From assembly GCA_030390025.1 (NCBI GenBank), contig CM059433.1:21206001-21270000 (forward strand): 64,000 bases of DNA, given 5' to 3'. Origin of the DNA: Squalus acanthias. Its lineage: Eukaryota. Below are positions 1 through 12,657 of the stretch, one piece after another (the stretch's first letter is position 1; every line of letters begins with the position of its first letter). The position numbers and the translations under genes were made by a program. The notes under the pieces were generated by a model, which was not told where the DNA came from, searched no databases, and worked only from the letters and a program-made list of their open reading frames with translations.

Positions 1-100
1 AGTCAAGTTTGCAGTCGGTGGCGATAATTAGCGCCAGGCGCTAATCTTTGCGCCCGGCCGATAATTGCGCCCCAAATGGGGCGATACTGAATTTCTCCCC
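1..100. mobile_element. Right end of a Harbinger-type MITE (cut by window edge)
   Basis: Ends ...GAATTTCTCCCC followed by AAT; this is the reverse complement of the GGGGGAGAAATTC terminus at 50617. Confidence 0.55.
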
Positions 101-151
101 CAATATTTCTATTAAATATAAATACAAACTACTTTCTCTTGGAATTTGTAG

Positions 152-845
152 GTCCCCATCTGCTGCTGAAACTCTCATCCATGATTTTGTTACCTCTAGA
201 CTTGTCTATTCCAATGCTCTCCTGGCCGGCCTCCCATCTTCCACCCTACATAAACTTGAGCTCATCCAAAACTCTGCTGCCCATATCCTAACTCGCACCA
301 AATCCCGTTCACCAAAAGCTTGGTCAAAGAAGTGGGTTTTAAGGAGCGCCGTAAAGGAGGAAAGAGAGGTAGAGAGGTGGACAGTCAGCTGTCCTAATAT
401 TTCTGTGCACGCTGACCTACATTGACTTCCGGTCTGGCAACGCCTCAATTTTAAAATTCTCATCCTTGTTTTCAAATCCCTCCATGGCCTCGCCTCTTTC
501 CCTATCTCTGTAACTTCCTCCAGCTCTACAACCCTTCGTGATCCCAGCACTCCTCCAATTCTGGCCTCTTGCACATCCCCTATTTTAATCACTTCACCAT
601 TGGCAGACGTGCCTTCAGCTGCCGAGGCCCTAAACTCTGGAATTCCCTCCCTAAAACTCTCCACCTCGCTACCTCTCTTTCCTCCTTTAAGGCGCTCCTT
701 AAAACCTACTTCTTTGACCAAGCTTTTGGTCAGCTGTCCTAATATCTCCTTATGTGGCTCAGTGTCAACGCTCCTGTGAAGCGCTTTGAGACATTTTACT
801 GCATTAAAGGTGCTATATAATTGCAAGTTGTTTATGTTGTTGAAC
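152..845 (+). mobile_element. L2 LINE 3' fragment with internal rearrangement
   Basis: Translates LIHDFVTSRLVYSNALLAGLP...KLELIQNSAA, typical of the L2 ORF2 C-terminus; 3' end ...GGTGCTATATAA..GCAAGTTG followed by a (TTG)n-like tail. Confidence 0.85.
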
Positions 846-914
846 AATAGTGCAGGTTCCTGTTAGTGAACTCTTCGTATCTATTCGCTGTGATCACTCA
901 AAACGGTAAATGAA

Positions 915-1008
915 AAAAGAAAGTCTTGCATTTATATAGCGCCTTTCACGACCACCGGACGTCTCAAAGCGCTTTACAGCCAATGAAGTACTTTTGAAGT
1001 GGAGTCAG
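915..1008 (-). mobile_element. 3' fragment of DeuSINE (SacSINE1-like)
   Basis: Matches the 3' part of the full SINE at 56222-56655 (GCGCCTTTCAC...GCCAATGAAGTACTTTTGAAGTG). Confidence 0.65.
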
Positions 1009-1116
1009 TTGGAAAAATTCAGATGCAACACAATTAATGCAAATACTCATTTCTAATTTGTATTCAAATGGAAGTTTATTTGTGTGCACAAATAAACATT
1101 ACAATAAGTAGATAAT

Positions 1117-1882
1117 GGCCCAGAAATTAGGCTCCCTGGCTTCCCGCGGGTGCAAGGATTGCGCGTGCACGTACCTACCGCGCCTGCCGTTGACCTCTGG
1201 GCCCACGGGGACTTCAGCTCCTGGGCCTCCTGCAGCTGCCGGCGCGCAGTGCTTGTGTATCCCAGGGGCGTAGTTAGTGCGATGCGTCCCCTGGGATCAC
1301 GCGGGCCATGGAGAGCCAATGGCAGCAGACCATCTTTCATTCATAGATTTGACAGGAAGACCTGTCAAATCTATGAATTGAAATCGGCCCCAAAACAACA
1401 CCTAAACTTCAAATAATTTTTTTTTAAAACCATCACATTTTTAAAATAACTGTGAGTTAAATAAATTAACTACTTTAAACAAAAATTTAAATTTTTGACA
1501 AAATTAAAATACTTTTTAACAGTGCTAAAAATAAACTTACCTTTCTTTAAAGTATCTAAAAAAGATAAACCTGTTGAAACATTTTTTAAATTGTAATTAA
1601 TTAACCACTTACCTTGTTAAAAACGGGTCTTGTGCCTCCTTTTTAAAAGCGCAGCTTCTTCCATACTTACCTTCCTGGAGAAACCTGAAAAAAAAACTAA
1701 GTTCGCTGCGTGCGCGCAGCCTCTCCCGCGCACGCGGTTCACCTCTGAACCCCTCCCTTCACGAGACCGGAAGTTCCGGTTTCCTGCGCATGCGCAGTGC
1801 ATGCAGGAAACCGGCACTTCAGGTGGCCTTATGGGTGAGTACACAGCGCGTACTCACCCGGCAAGTGCCTAATTTCTGGCCC
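1117..1882 (+). mobile_element. Non-autonomous PIF/Harbinger-type element (MITE family A)
   Basis: TIRs GGCCCAGAAATTAGG / CCTAATTTCTGGCCC; 3-bp TSD AAT (1114-1116, 1883-1885); near-identical copy at 55322-56081. Confidence 0.85.
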
Positions 1883-2299
1883 AATGTCTTACAGGTATAC
1901 AGAAGTTGGTGATATCAACTGCAAGAGATACTTAGGAACTTATACACCCTGCATGCACAAAATTGTAATGTCCTCTCCTAGTTTCATGTTAGAACTGACC
2001 TTTCCATCAAGCTACCAGAATGACCCAAGACTGCTGATTAAAATACCAGTTAACATATTGCAATGGCAAAACACATAACATTGTTTTCACAGGCCACCGA
2101 TGCCATTCTTGTTCCTCACCTTGAATTTTCTTCATTCTAGTCTAAATTCCAATCGATTACTTAGGGAAATGAGCGCTGCCTTTCAGAATGGGCTTTGGAG
2201 AAAACAGTCTGCTGTCTTCTCATCTAATTTTCATGGAATTACTTCTACTAATGTGTTTAAGGCTGCAGAGGCTGTCATTCCCTTGCATAATATTCTCTG

Positions 2300-2716
2300 G
2301 AGTTTAGAAGAATGAGAGGTGATCTCATTGAAACTTACAAAATTCTTACAGGGCTTGACAGGGTAGATGCAGGGAGGATGTTTCCCCTGGCTGGGGAAGT
2401 CGAGAACCAGGGGCCACAGTCTCAGAATATGGGGTCGGCCATTTAGGACTAAGATGAGGAGAAATTTCTTCACTCAGAGGGTGGTGAATCTTTGGAATTC
2501 TCTACCCCAGAGGGCTGTGGAGGCTCAGTCGTTGAGTATATTCAAGATAGAGAGCGATAGATTTTTGAATATTAAGGGAATCAAGGGATATGGGGATAGT
2601 GCAGGGAAGTGGAGTTGAGGAAGAAGATCAGCCATGATCTTATTGAATGGTGGAGCAGGCTCGAGGGGCCAAATGGCCGACTCCTGCTCCTATTTCTTAT
2701 GTTCTTATGTTCTTAT
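2300..2716 (+). mobile_element. CR1 LINE 3' fragment (HER1-like)
   Basis: RTRGHSLRI..RPFRT..RRNFFTQRVVNLWNSLP motif; 3' UTR and (TTCTTATG)n tail. Confidence 0.93.
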
Positions 2717-3419
2717 AATTTTCTCTAAATGTAAGCAGCTCAGAAACAAATACCTCAATGCTGATACCATCTGGACCTTGTGTCCTGGGATAAGATGTTG
2801 CTTCAGCAAGTTGTATTAAATAAAATGAAGTATTATTTTTCTTATTTCAGTCTGTGCAACAGGGACTGGTGGATTAAATCACCAAGAAAGTCCATTGAAA
2901 GGGGGAGTGTAAATGGGTTCAAACGACAACTGGGTGCAACAGAAAATATTGAGAGATATGATGAGAAGTGTGGCAGGTGGGGTTGATCAATCATCAGCCC
3001 GAATGACTTTTTGCATTTCCTGTCAATTCTTGTGTGTTACTTATGATAAATGAAAACGTACTGGCCTAGAAATTAGATTTAATTGAAAAACGGGCACGGG
3101 GATCAGGATGCGCGAACTGCCCGCGCCCATTGGAGGGAGTTCAGGCAGCATGTAAAATTTGTGCTGCCGGCTACTTTACATGATTGTAGCATACAGCCCA
3201 GCACTGAACACACTGCTGACAGGCTGTGCGCTCAACAGGGAGGCCGAAGTTCTTGATTTTCACGTGTGGCTAGCTTTATTTAAAGCTAGTTGTGCCTCTT
3301 AAAGGCAGTCTGCAGCTCCTAAAGGTGAGCTACCTTCTGGTGATGAAAAATGTTAAAAGTGCTTCAGCACTAACCCAAATAGCTCAACAGGCCTGAGAAA
3401 CGACACTCAGTGTCTCGCA

Positions 3420-3609
3420 TGTAGCATTCGAAGCCTTTGTGCAGGGATGAACATTGGAAGAGAGGTCCTCTACCCACAGGGGGCCAGGAAGCCCTCCAGA
3501 AAGAAGGACGTGGGACCAGATCGCCAAGGCAGTCACTGCCGGCAGTGTCACCCACAGATCGTGGCTCCAAAGTCCAAAGAAGTTTCATGACTTGAGACGA
3601 GTGGTCAAG
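3420..3609 (+). pseudogene. Harbinger Myb/SANT (NAIF1/MSANTD-like) DNA-binding domain exon remnant
   Basis: RRTWDQIAKAVTAGSVTHRSWLQSPKKFHDLRRVVK fits the W..IA..V.A....R.W.Q..KKF.DL trihelix pattern; ends at donor AAG|GTCAGT. Confidence 0.75.
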
Positions 3610-4448
3610 GTCAGTGAATGCATCTTCAAAAGCCATCTCCTAACAACTGCATCACTAGCCTTACACACTGCTCAATGCATGACCAACCGCCCCCACCCCA
3701 CCCCATCACTCACCTGCCAACAATCTCTACCAAACAAGAGGCACACCTCACATTCCTAGCTTCACCTCACCCCCTTGGAGGAAACGGTGCTGGCCATTCT
3801 TGGCAGGGGCATGGCTGATCCCTTAGCCAGCAGCAGGGCTGAAAGGATACAAGATGCTGGTATCCTCATACGTTATTCTCCTTCTCACATCCCACTTCCC
3901 CATAGCCCACAATATCTTCTGATGTGTAAGCTGCACGTGGTGTAAGCATGCACCTCTTGCTTAACCCCTCTCCCCTCATCACAACCCTACCCCTGTGCCT
4001 TCCTCATTTCACACACCGAAGAAATTCAGCCTGCCCAGCCAATGGTTGAACAAGAAGAGGGAGAGGAGAGTGAGGAAGAAGAAACACTGTCACTTGATTT
4101 CACACTCCCAGCCACCAGCTCCTCGAGGTCACCTGCAAGGCCATCTGTAGTTCCCCCACTGAAAGTCAGCAACCTTCCACCAGCCATGCTGCAGTCACTG
4201 GGGTAGCACTGCGTGACATCACTAGGATAGGCAGACACATGCAAGACAGTCACTAAGGGAATGCTCAAGGGTGATTCGTTGATTTTTTTGGTGTAATATT
4301 GGATGCATATATGGATAAAGTTGGATTGGAAAGGTTGCTTTGTGGTGGCTTTTATTTCAGCATTGTGGCCAAGAGGATGCTGTGATGGTCAGTAACAGAG
4401 GAAGGGTAAGGTGTGGGACAACTGTTGAAAGGGGAATTGGGGTTTTGG

Positions 4449-4615
4449 TCACTGGTACTGCAGGCAGATGATTCAATCCCGGATATCCCGGCCAGAAAGG
4501 GACTGTCTGGGTTGCCTCCTTCCTTCTGCTTTCTCCTCTTCTGCTTCCTCCTCTACAGCTTCTTCCTCTTCTGCTTCTTCCTCTTCCTCCTCTTCCTCTT
4601 CCTCCCTCTGCGAGC
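4449..4615 (-). pseudogene. C-terminal remnant of Harbinger (HARBI1-like) transposase
   Basis: Minus strand reads QREEEE...EKAEGRRQPRQSLSGRDIRD*IICLQYQ*: an acidic run then a G...R..(L/I)I...Y/F end, oriented tail-to-tail with the Myb exons. Confidence 0.55.
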
Positions 4616-5225
4616 AGCTTGTCCCCTTTGCTGCCTCTGCTCCATCTCCACCAGTTTTTGGGAAGTTCTGGGTGTCAGTCTAGATTAGCAGCCTAACTCA
4701 TGGTGTCAGGCTCAATCCAACAGCTTTCTGACCCAGTGTAAATGCGCTCCAAAGTGGACACATAACTGTATGCTGTGAGGAAAAGCCACTTTCCATGACT
4801 TTATTGACAACTTTTGCCAAGTCCAAATCAGGACAAGGCAGCAAGTCTTGATCATGGCTCGAGTTATGATGGATAATTATTTGACTTCACACGTCCAGCA
4901 GGGATCCTTGCCAGGAACAAATATTGAAAATCACAGTGCATATTGGAAATGAATGGTCAGCAAATCATGTGCAGGATGTGCATGAATTTCCGATATGTGC
5001 TTCCAATAGGCAAGGTCCCCACCGGGAGTGCAAAGTTGGAAAATGAACCCCTCTGATGTTTTTGTTGCAGAAAAACTTATTACATGGAATAACAAATGTC
5101 TCCACCTTATAATGTACAGACATTAGATTTTATTTTACAAATCGACCCTTTAGCCTCCGATTTAGATTTTAGAAATTCTCAGACAGCCAAAAATCAGACT
5201 GTTGAGTTTATATCAAGGGCAGTCC

Positions 5226-5450
5226 CACTCACCTGGACGATGGTGGAGAGGCGTTGGAGGAGGATGGTGTGGTCAACCGTGTCAAAGGCTGCAGACTGGT
5301 CGAGAGGGATGAGGAGCGATAGTGCACCCTGGTCACAGTTACATAGGATGTCATTTGTGACTTTGATAAGCCCGTTTCAGTGCTGTGGCAAGGGCGGAAA
5401 CCTGAATCGAGGGGTTCAAACATGGAGTTGCAGGAGAGATGGGTACCGGG
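5226..5450 (-). mobile_element. L2 LINE RT fragment
   Basis: [18 protein letters not shown] followed, after a frameshift, by [16 protein letters not shown] sequence. Confidence 0.85.
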
Positions 5451-5566
5451 GATAGAATTTCAGACCTTCCAGGTCTGCACTATTCAGCCCCTTATTGGAT
5501 AAACTCAGTGAGCAATTTGGGAAGTCCCTATTTGTAAAATAGGAAAATGCTTGAAAAAAGAACTTT

Positions 5567-6322
5567 GGGGTAATTTTAACCCCCAAAAACGAGTTGGTTG
5601 GGATCGGGTGAGATTTAAAAATGTTTTCAATATCAACCCCGACCCCAACCTGCCTCCAACCCGCCCAGTTCCAGGTTTAACGGAGGTGGGACTGGGGGCA
5701 GGCAGCCAACCTGCTCACAAGAGGCGGGTTGACCATTTAACTATTATCATGAGGCTGGGAGCCTCAGATTTAACCTGTCTTAACCCTGACCGGCCTGGTT
5801 TCCAGGCCTTGGGAAACCCGGCAGCTCAAGGGAGGTGAGGACAGCTTCGGGGAAAAGGTAAGTGCGTTTACAGCACTGCTTGTGGGCCAGGAGGTGCACG
5901 CTGCTTCCTCCCGGTCCACTAAGCTACCTGCTTCGCTCCATCAGACCCCCCACCCCACCGCCATTGGACCACCCCCGCCATCGGATCCCCCTGCCGCCAG
6001 CGGACCTCCCCCGCATCGCCACCAGACCACCAAGACCATCGTAACCACCCCCACCCCTTGCCATCGGAGCCCCTCCCAGGATCGGACCTCCCCCCCAACC
6101 ATGCTTCCACAAACTCAGCAGCATGCTCCCTACCTGCTCCTGCATACTTCTCCAGCGTGTTGCCCGCCTGACAGGGAGCCAAGCCTGTCAATCAGGCTGA
6201 CTTCCAGGCGGGAATCCTGTCTAAAAAAAAAAGACGCACGCTGTGGAGTCAAAACTCCACAGCATGCGGACCGAAACTCCGCCCCCCCACTTACGAAACC
6301 CGCCCCTGTCAATATCGGGGCC
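5567..6322 (+). mobile_element. Harbinger-type MITE (family B)
   Basis: Termini GGGGTAATTTTAAC / GTCAATATCGGGGCC, TSD TTT; internal GTAAGT...TTGTGGGCCAGGAGG core shared with 10126-10818 and 34900-35580. Confidence 0.65.
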
Positions 6323-6634
6323 TTTATGTCTCTATTAATTAGCATCATTTACTGAAAAGACACAATTGATCTGGATTTATCATGCAAAATCCTGCTGGGC
6401 TGTGTTGAGTTTCTGATTCTAAAAAGATTTGTTTTTTTTGTTGAAGAGTCAGCCTAAAGGACCATGGGACTTGTTGCACACCACCGTTAGAAACTATGAT
6501 AGAAGAGCAGCTATATCAGGAAGCACTAATTAGGAAGTACTGAGCTTGAGTTTTAAAATATCTCACTTTGTAGGAGGACTAGGCAAGCTGAGGCAATCAA
6601 TGTTTTGGGGTTCTTGGGAATGAGAGAGATGGAG

Positions 6635-6856
6635 TGACTGACTTGTATTTGTATGGCACTTATCATGTTTCTCATCTCAAAAGTCTTTTGCATATAATGA
6701 ATTGGTTAGAAGTGCAGCGACTGGCAAATGTAGCACTCATTTTTGTACACACAAAATCTCACAAACAGCAATGAAATAAATGACCAGTTAATGTGCTTTT
6801 GAATGAGGAATCTTGGTCAGAATATTAAAAGCTCCCTGCTCTGCTTTAAGTAGTGC
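6635..6856 (-). mobile_element. Degenerate DeuSINE fragment
   Basis: Similarity to 56222-56655 (CACAAACAGCAATGA..TAAATGACCAG). Confidence 0.5.
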
Positions 6857-6904
6857 TTGGTGACTCTTGATTTCAATACAGCGAACATGCAAGGAGGAGA
6901 TAGA

Positions 6905-7582
6905 GTGCAGGTGCAGCAAGCCATTAGGAAGGCAAATGGCATGCTGGCTTTCATTACAAGAGGATTTGAGTACAGGAGTAAAGAAGTCTTACTCCAATTA
7001 TATAGGGCCTTGGTGAGACCGCACCTGGAGTACTGTGTACAATTTTGGTCTCCTTACCCAAGGAAGGATATACTTGCCATAGAGGGAGTGCAACGAATGT
7101 TCACGAGATTGATTCCTGGGATGGCAGGACTGTCGTATGAGAAGAGATTGAGTAAACTAGGCCTGTATTCTCTTGAATTCAGAAGAATGAGAGGGGATCT
7201 CATTGAAGCATACAAAATTATTACAGGGCTTGATAGGGTGGATGCTGGAAGAATGTTTCCCTCGGCTGGGGAGTCTAGAACCAGGGGCCACAGCCTCAGG
7301 ATAATGGGTAGGCCATTCAGGACTGAGATGAGAAGAAATTTCTTCACACAGAGGGTGGTGAATCTTTGGAATTCTCTACCCCAGAGGGCTGTGGAAGCTC
7401 AGAGATTGGGTATATTCAAAACAGAAGTCAATAGATTTCTGACTAGTAAGGGCATCAAGGGATATGGCGATAGGGCCGGTGAATGGAGTTGAGGCAGAAG
7501 ATCAGCCATGATCTCATTGAATGGCGGAGCAGGCTCGAAGGGCCGAATGGCCTACTCCTGCTCCTATTTCTTATGTTCTTAT
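6905..7582 (+). mobile_element. CR1 LINE 3' fragment
   Basis: Open RT C-terminal frame (LYRALVRPHLEYCVQFWSP...WNSLP), 3' UTR GGCCGAATGGCC hairpin, TTCTTATG tail. Confidence 0.95.
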
Positions 7583-8437
7583 TTAGGATTGTATATTTGA
7601 AGCTCAGAAGAAATAGGAGAAAGAATTTCGACAATGCTCACAGTAGTATCGATGAAATGGAACAAGACAACAGAGGTTGCAACAGAGACAGTAAGGTTAG
7701 GGACAAGAGCTGAGAGAAGGATCACCTGTCAGAAGATAGTTTTTATTTTTCCCGTCAACAGTGAAATCAAATGTGGGTGCAGAGATGAGGAACAACATGT
7801 GGAATGGTATTTTTGGAGTCTGGGAGAAACAAGAGTGTACCTGAGATTTGCAACCCACTGTGGAAAAGAAATCACATCTATGTGTCTCACTGAAAGACAT
7901 TGATCAACAAGGAAAACAAATCAAGAAAGTGACAGTCCACCATTACTCATCAATGAGCCATTAGAGCTTTTGATCTATAGAGAAGTCTACTTTTATGAAA
8001 TGAGAGTGCAATAAAGTTTCTGTATTTTCAAGTGGTGGAGTGACACCACATACTTCCTCACATTGTTGCTTTTATGTCCAATTTTCTCAATATTTTGTAG
8101 AAGCTGTGCTTCAGAGTTTAGTTTTGCACCTTTGTCCTAACCACTCAGAGAGATGTTCAGTTTGTACTTAACCCTTCAATGAATCCCAATTAAACAGATC
8201 TTTGCACTTGCCTGTGACTGACTAATGCTGCTGGTGAGTTACCAATGATCTGTGAAGATAACAACAACAACTTGTATTTATATAGCGCCTTTAACATAGT
8301 AAAACGTCCAAAGGCACTTCACAGGGGCATTATAATAACAAAGGAAGCAGGTGGGTTATTCTGCCTTTAGGTCTAAGAGTCATCACCATTTTACATGATA
8401 TTGGAACTTTAGGATAATTGCTATGGACTTTTTTTTT

Positions 8438-9866
8438 ACACAGAATGTACTCTGGGTGGGGGACTTCAATGTCCATTACCAAGAGTGGCTCAGTAGCACC
8501 ACTACTGACCGAGCTGCCAGTCTGGGGCTGAGACAGGTGGTGAGAGAACCAACACGAGGGAAAAACTTACTTGACTTCGTCCTCACCAATCTACCTGTCG
8601 CAGATGCATCTGTCCATGACAGCATTGGTAGCAGTGACCACCGCACAGTCATTGTGGAGACAAAGTCCTGTCTTCACACTGAGGACACCCTCCATTGTGT
8701 TGTGTGGCACTACCACCGTGCTAAATGGGATAGATTCAGAACAGATCTAGCAGCTCAAAACTGGGCATCCACGAGGCGCTGTGGGCCATCAGCAGCACCA
8801 GAATTGTATTCCACCACAATCTGTCACCTCATGGCCGGGCATATCCCTCACTCTACCATTACCATCAAGCCAGGGGACCAACCCTGGTTCAATAAGGAGT
8901 GTAGAAGAGCATGCCAGGAGCAGGACCAGGTGCACTTAAAAATGAGGTGCCAACCTGGGGAAGCTGCAACACAGGACTACATGCATGCTAAAAAGTGGAA
9001 GCAGATAATGAAGCAGTCCATGGCTGCATGCAGCAAGACCTGGACGACATTCAGGCTTGGTCTGATAAGTGGCAGGTAACATTCACCCTACACAAGTGCC
9101 AGGCAATGACTATCTTCAACAAGCGAGTGTCTAACCACCACCACTTGACATTCAACAGCATTAGCATCGCCGAATCCCCCACCATCAATATCCTGGGGGT
9201 CACCATTGACCAGAAACTTAACTGGACCAGCCACATAAATACTGTGGCAACAAGAGCAGGTCAGAGGCTGGGTATTCCGGGGCGAGTGTCTCATCTGCTG
9301 ACTCCCCAAAGCCTTTCCACCATCTACAAGACACATGTCAGGAGTGTGATGGAATACTCCCCCCTTGCCTGGATGAGTGTAGCTCCAACAACACTGAAGA
9401 AGCTCGACACTGTCCAAAACAAAGCAGCCCGTTTGATTGGCACCCCATCCACCACCTTAAATATTCACTCCCTCCACCACCGGCATACAGTGGCTGCAGT
9501 GTGTACCATCTACAAGATGCACTGCAGCAACTCGCCAAGGCTTCTTCGGCAGCACCCCCCAAACCCGCAACCTCTACCACCTAGAAGGACAAGGGTAGCA
9601 GGTGCGTGGGAACACCACCACCTCCAAGTTCCCCTTCGGGTCACACACCATCCTGACTTGGAAGTATATCGCTATTCCTTCATCGACGCTGGGTCAAAAG
9701 CCTGGAACTCCCTCCCTAACAACATTGTGGGAGTACCTTCACCACATGGACTGCAGCGGTTTAAGAAATGGCTCACCACCACCTTCTCAAGGGCAACTAA
9801 GGATGGGCAATAAATGCTGGCCTTGCCAGTGATGCCCACATCCCATGAACGAATATTTAAAAAAAG
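8438..9866 (+). mobile_element. Second LINE family (CR1/L2 group), endonuclease joined to RT C-terminus by internal deletion
   Basis: GDFN...PTRGKNLLDFV...SDH endonuclease motifs, then LDDIQAWSDKWQVTF...YKTHVRSVMEY...WNSLP; junction near 9000. Confidence 0.88.
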
Positions 9867-10125
9867 CATGTCCTTGCCCTAGTCATAAACTGTCTTAAAA
9901 CTTCTTGTAACCTCACACCATCCATTCTGGAAAGGAGTTTCAAGGCAGAGAATTAACAAAGTCATGCATCTCCAGTAGCACCTCTCCACTGTAGAACTTT
10001 CTAAGTCTGTTCTCAGAAGATGCAGTCCAGAATTTATTTCAATTATCTTCAACATCCTTTAACTATAAAAAACAACAAACCATTTCATTCCCCATTTCAT
10101 ATTTTCAATTTCTATCGACACATTA

Positions 10126-10818
10126 GGCCCCGATTTTAACCCCCTGCGCCCCCCAACACACAGTGGGAATGGTGCATGGGAGGAGTTAAAATTTAAAAAT
10201 TCCACCTCCTGCTCTTCAACTCGCTGCCTTTCTGGCCGTTTAAACTTATACTACCCCAAATCAGGCCATTGACGATGCTCCTGCAAAAAGCAGGTAAGCA
10301 GCTAGTTAACATTCAAAAGTCACCATCGGCGCCGTGATGTAGAATTAACTGAAAGTCAGGAGGAGTCCCGTGCTGTCGGCTGCCTGGCAGCACATCCAAG
10401 GCGGACGGCGCTGACTGGCCAACGTAAGTATTAAAGATCTGCTGCTTTTAGAACTCCTTGTGGGCCAGGAGGTGCAGGACTGCTCCCCCAGGCCCCTCAA
10501 GGAGTCCTTGGACCTCCCTAGCCCCAGCCTCCACCTCCATCTTGCTGGAACCACCCCCTGATCTCCAATCTCATGCACAGCCCTTCTTCCACTGGCTGCC
10601 AGGGAACATTTCCTCGGGTCCCCGGCTGCGGCCTCTTGCTGCTAAATTCCTACTCCTGCCCGCTGGCCAGGCGGTTAATCTAGCCGGGAGTCTGCAGATT
10701 TTTATTGAAATGAGGCGCTGCAGTTAAAATCGGCCCCCGGGTCCCTGGCCTTGCTGGGTTAGTCGCCCACTTCCGGGCTTCCGCACACACTTCCCGCCAT
10801 CCCATTAGTATCGAGGCC
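10126..10818 (+). mobile_element. Harbinger-type MITE (family B-related)
   Basis: Termini GGCCCCGAT / ATCGAGGCC; flanks GACAC-ATT(A)...ATT-GTGTC; shared CCTTGTGGGCCAGGAGG core. Confidence 0.65.
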
Positions 10819-10975
10819 ATTGTGTCTCTCTAGGATTGGTTTACAAAGCCATCTAACTGCTCACCAAAGAGGTGGCCAATCTTAAAACTCTAATGTTTTT
10901 GATGCTGAGAAACAATCTTACTCGATTATTGAGGGATTGCCAAGGACATATCTGGGTACAGCAGCTTTACTAGGA

Positions 10976-12055
10976 AGAAACATAGAAACATAGAAACATA
11001 GAAGATAGGAGCAGGAGTAGGCCATTAGGCCCCTCGAACCTGCTCCGCCATTCAATGCGATCATGGCTGATCATTCAAATTCAGTACCCTGTCCCTGCTT
11101 TCTCCCCATATCCCTTGATCCCCTTAGCCTTAAGTAATATATTTAACTCCTTCTTGAATATATTTAATGAATTGGCCTCAACTGCCTTCTGTGGTAGAGA
11201 ATTCCACAGGTTCACCACTCTCTGGGTGAAGAAATTCCTCCTCATCTCAGTCCTAAATGGCTTACCCCTTATCCTTAGACTGTGACCCCTGGTTCTGGAC
11301 TACCCCGCCATCGGGAACAGCCTTCCTGCATCTACTCTGTCTAGTCCTGTTAGAATTTTATAAGTTTCAATGAGATCCCCTCTCATTCTTCTAAACTCTC
11401 GCGAATACAAGCCCAATCGACCCAATCTCTCTTCATACGTCATTCCTGCCATCCCAGGTATCAGTCTGGTGAATCTTCGCTGCACTCCCTCCATGGCAAG
11501 AACATCATTCCTCAGATAAGGCGACCAAAACTGCACACAATACTCAAGGTGTGGTCTCACCAAGGCCCTGTACAACTGCAGCAAGACATCCTTGCTCCTG
11601 TACTCGAATCCTCTCGCTTTGAAGGCCAACATACCATTTGCCTTCTTAACCGCCTGCTGCACCTGCATGCTTACCTTCAGCGACTGGTGCACAAGGACAC
11701 CCAGGTCTCGTTGCACTTCCCCTTTTCCCAATCTATTGTCGTTCAGATAATAATCTGCCTTCCTGTTTTTGCCACCAAAGTGGATAACCTCGCATTTATC
11801 CACATTATACTGCATCTGCCATGCATCTGCCCAATCACCCAACCTGTCCAAATCATACTGGAGTTTCTCTGCATCCTCCTCACAGCACACACGCCCACCC
11901 AGCTTTGTGTCATCTGCAAACTTGGAGATATTACATCTAGTTCCCTCGTCTAGATCATTAATATATATGGTGAATAACTGGGGTCCTAGCACCGATCCCT
12001 GCGGTACCCCACTAGTCACTGCCTGCCACTCAGAAAAAGACCCGTTTATTCCAAC
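10976..12055 (-). mobile_element. CR1 LINE 3' fragment (RT)
   Basis: [10 protein letters not shown]...FADD RT motifs in an open frame; (TTTCTATG)n tail. Confidence 0.95.
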
Positions 12056-12058
12056 AAT

Positions 12059-12657
12059 GGGGTAGAACTTGACTGTGTGATGATGTAAAGCATAAGACAT
12101 AAGACGTAGGAGCAGGAGGAGGTCATTTGGCCCCTCGAGCCTGCTCCGCCATTCAATAAGATCATGGCTAATCTGATCTTGGCCTCAACTCCACTTCCCT
12201 GCCTGCTCCCCATAACCCTTGACTCCCTTACCATTCAAAAATCTGTCTATCTCCACCTTAAATATATTCAATGACCCTGCCTCCACAGCTCTCTGGGGAA
12301 GAGAATTCCAAAGATTCACAACCCTCTGAGAGAAGAAATTCCTCCTCATCTCAGTTTTAAAAGGGTGCCCCCTTATTCTGAAATTATGCCCCCTAGTTCT
12401 AGATTCCCCCACGAGGGGAAACATCCTCTCTGCATCTACCCTGTCAAGCCCCTTCAGAATGTTATATGTTTCAATATGATCCCCTCTCATTCTTCTAAAC
12501 TCCAATGAGTGATCAACTGGTGATAGCGAGTCGGCAGCCCATTTTATATCTCTCCTGATTTTTATTTCCATTGACTATAAAAATGGGGAGAGATGTAATA
12601 CGAGTCGTTGATTCACTATCACCCGTTTTACACTATCGCACAGTCAAATTCTACCCC
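12059..12657. mobile_element. Foldback (self-complementary) MITE split by a CR1 insertion
   Basis: About 31-bp TIRs GGGGTAGAACTTGACTGTGTGATGATGTAAA / TTTACACTATCGCACAGTCAAATTCTACCCC; the symmetry continues internally after the CR1. Confidence 0.7.
12091..12508 (-). mobile_element. CR1 LINE 3' fragment
   Basis: LEFRRMRGD...RTRGHNFRI...WNSLP; (TCTTATG)n tail. Confidence 0.93.

Larger units (their letters stand above)
3063..4660 (+). mobile_element. Internally deleted Harbinger element retaining Myb/SANT exons and the transposase 3' end
   Basis: Left TIR GGCCTAGAAATT, same as 59539; Myb-like exon; exon 2 remnant LTPLEETVLAILG; acidic exon 3; convergent minus-strand acidic tract ending GRDIRD*IICLQYQ*. 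Right TIR not found, so the end is approximate. Confidence 0.75.

Noticed and set aside
206..847. 213-aa minus-strand ORF
   Set aside because: Antisense frame of an L2 3' end; not a gene.
5882..6355. Pro-rich 157-aa ORF and similar GC-rich ORFs (27524-27998, 45722-46165)
   Set aside because: They lie within MITEs; stop codons are rare in GC- or C-rich DNA and no domain is recognisable.
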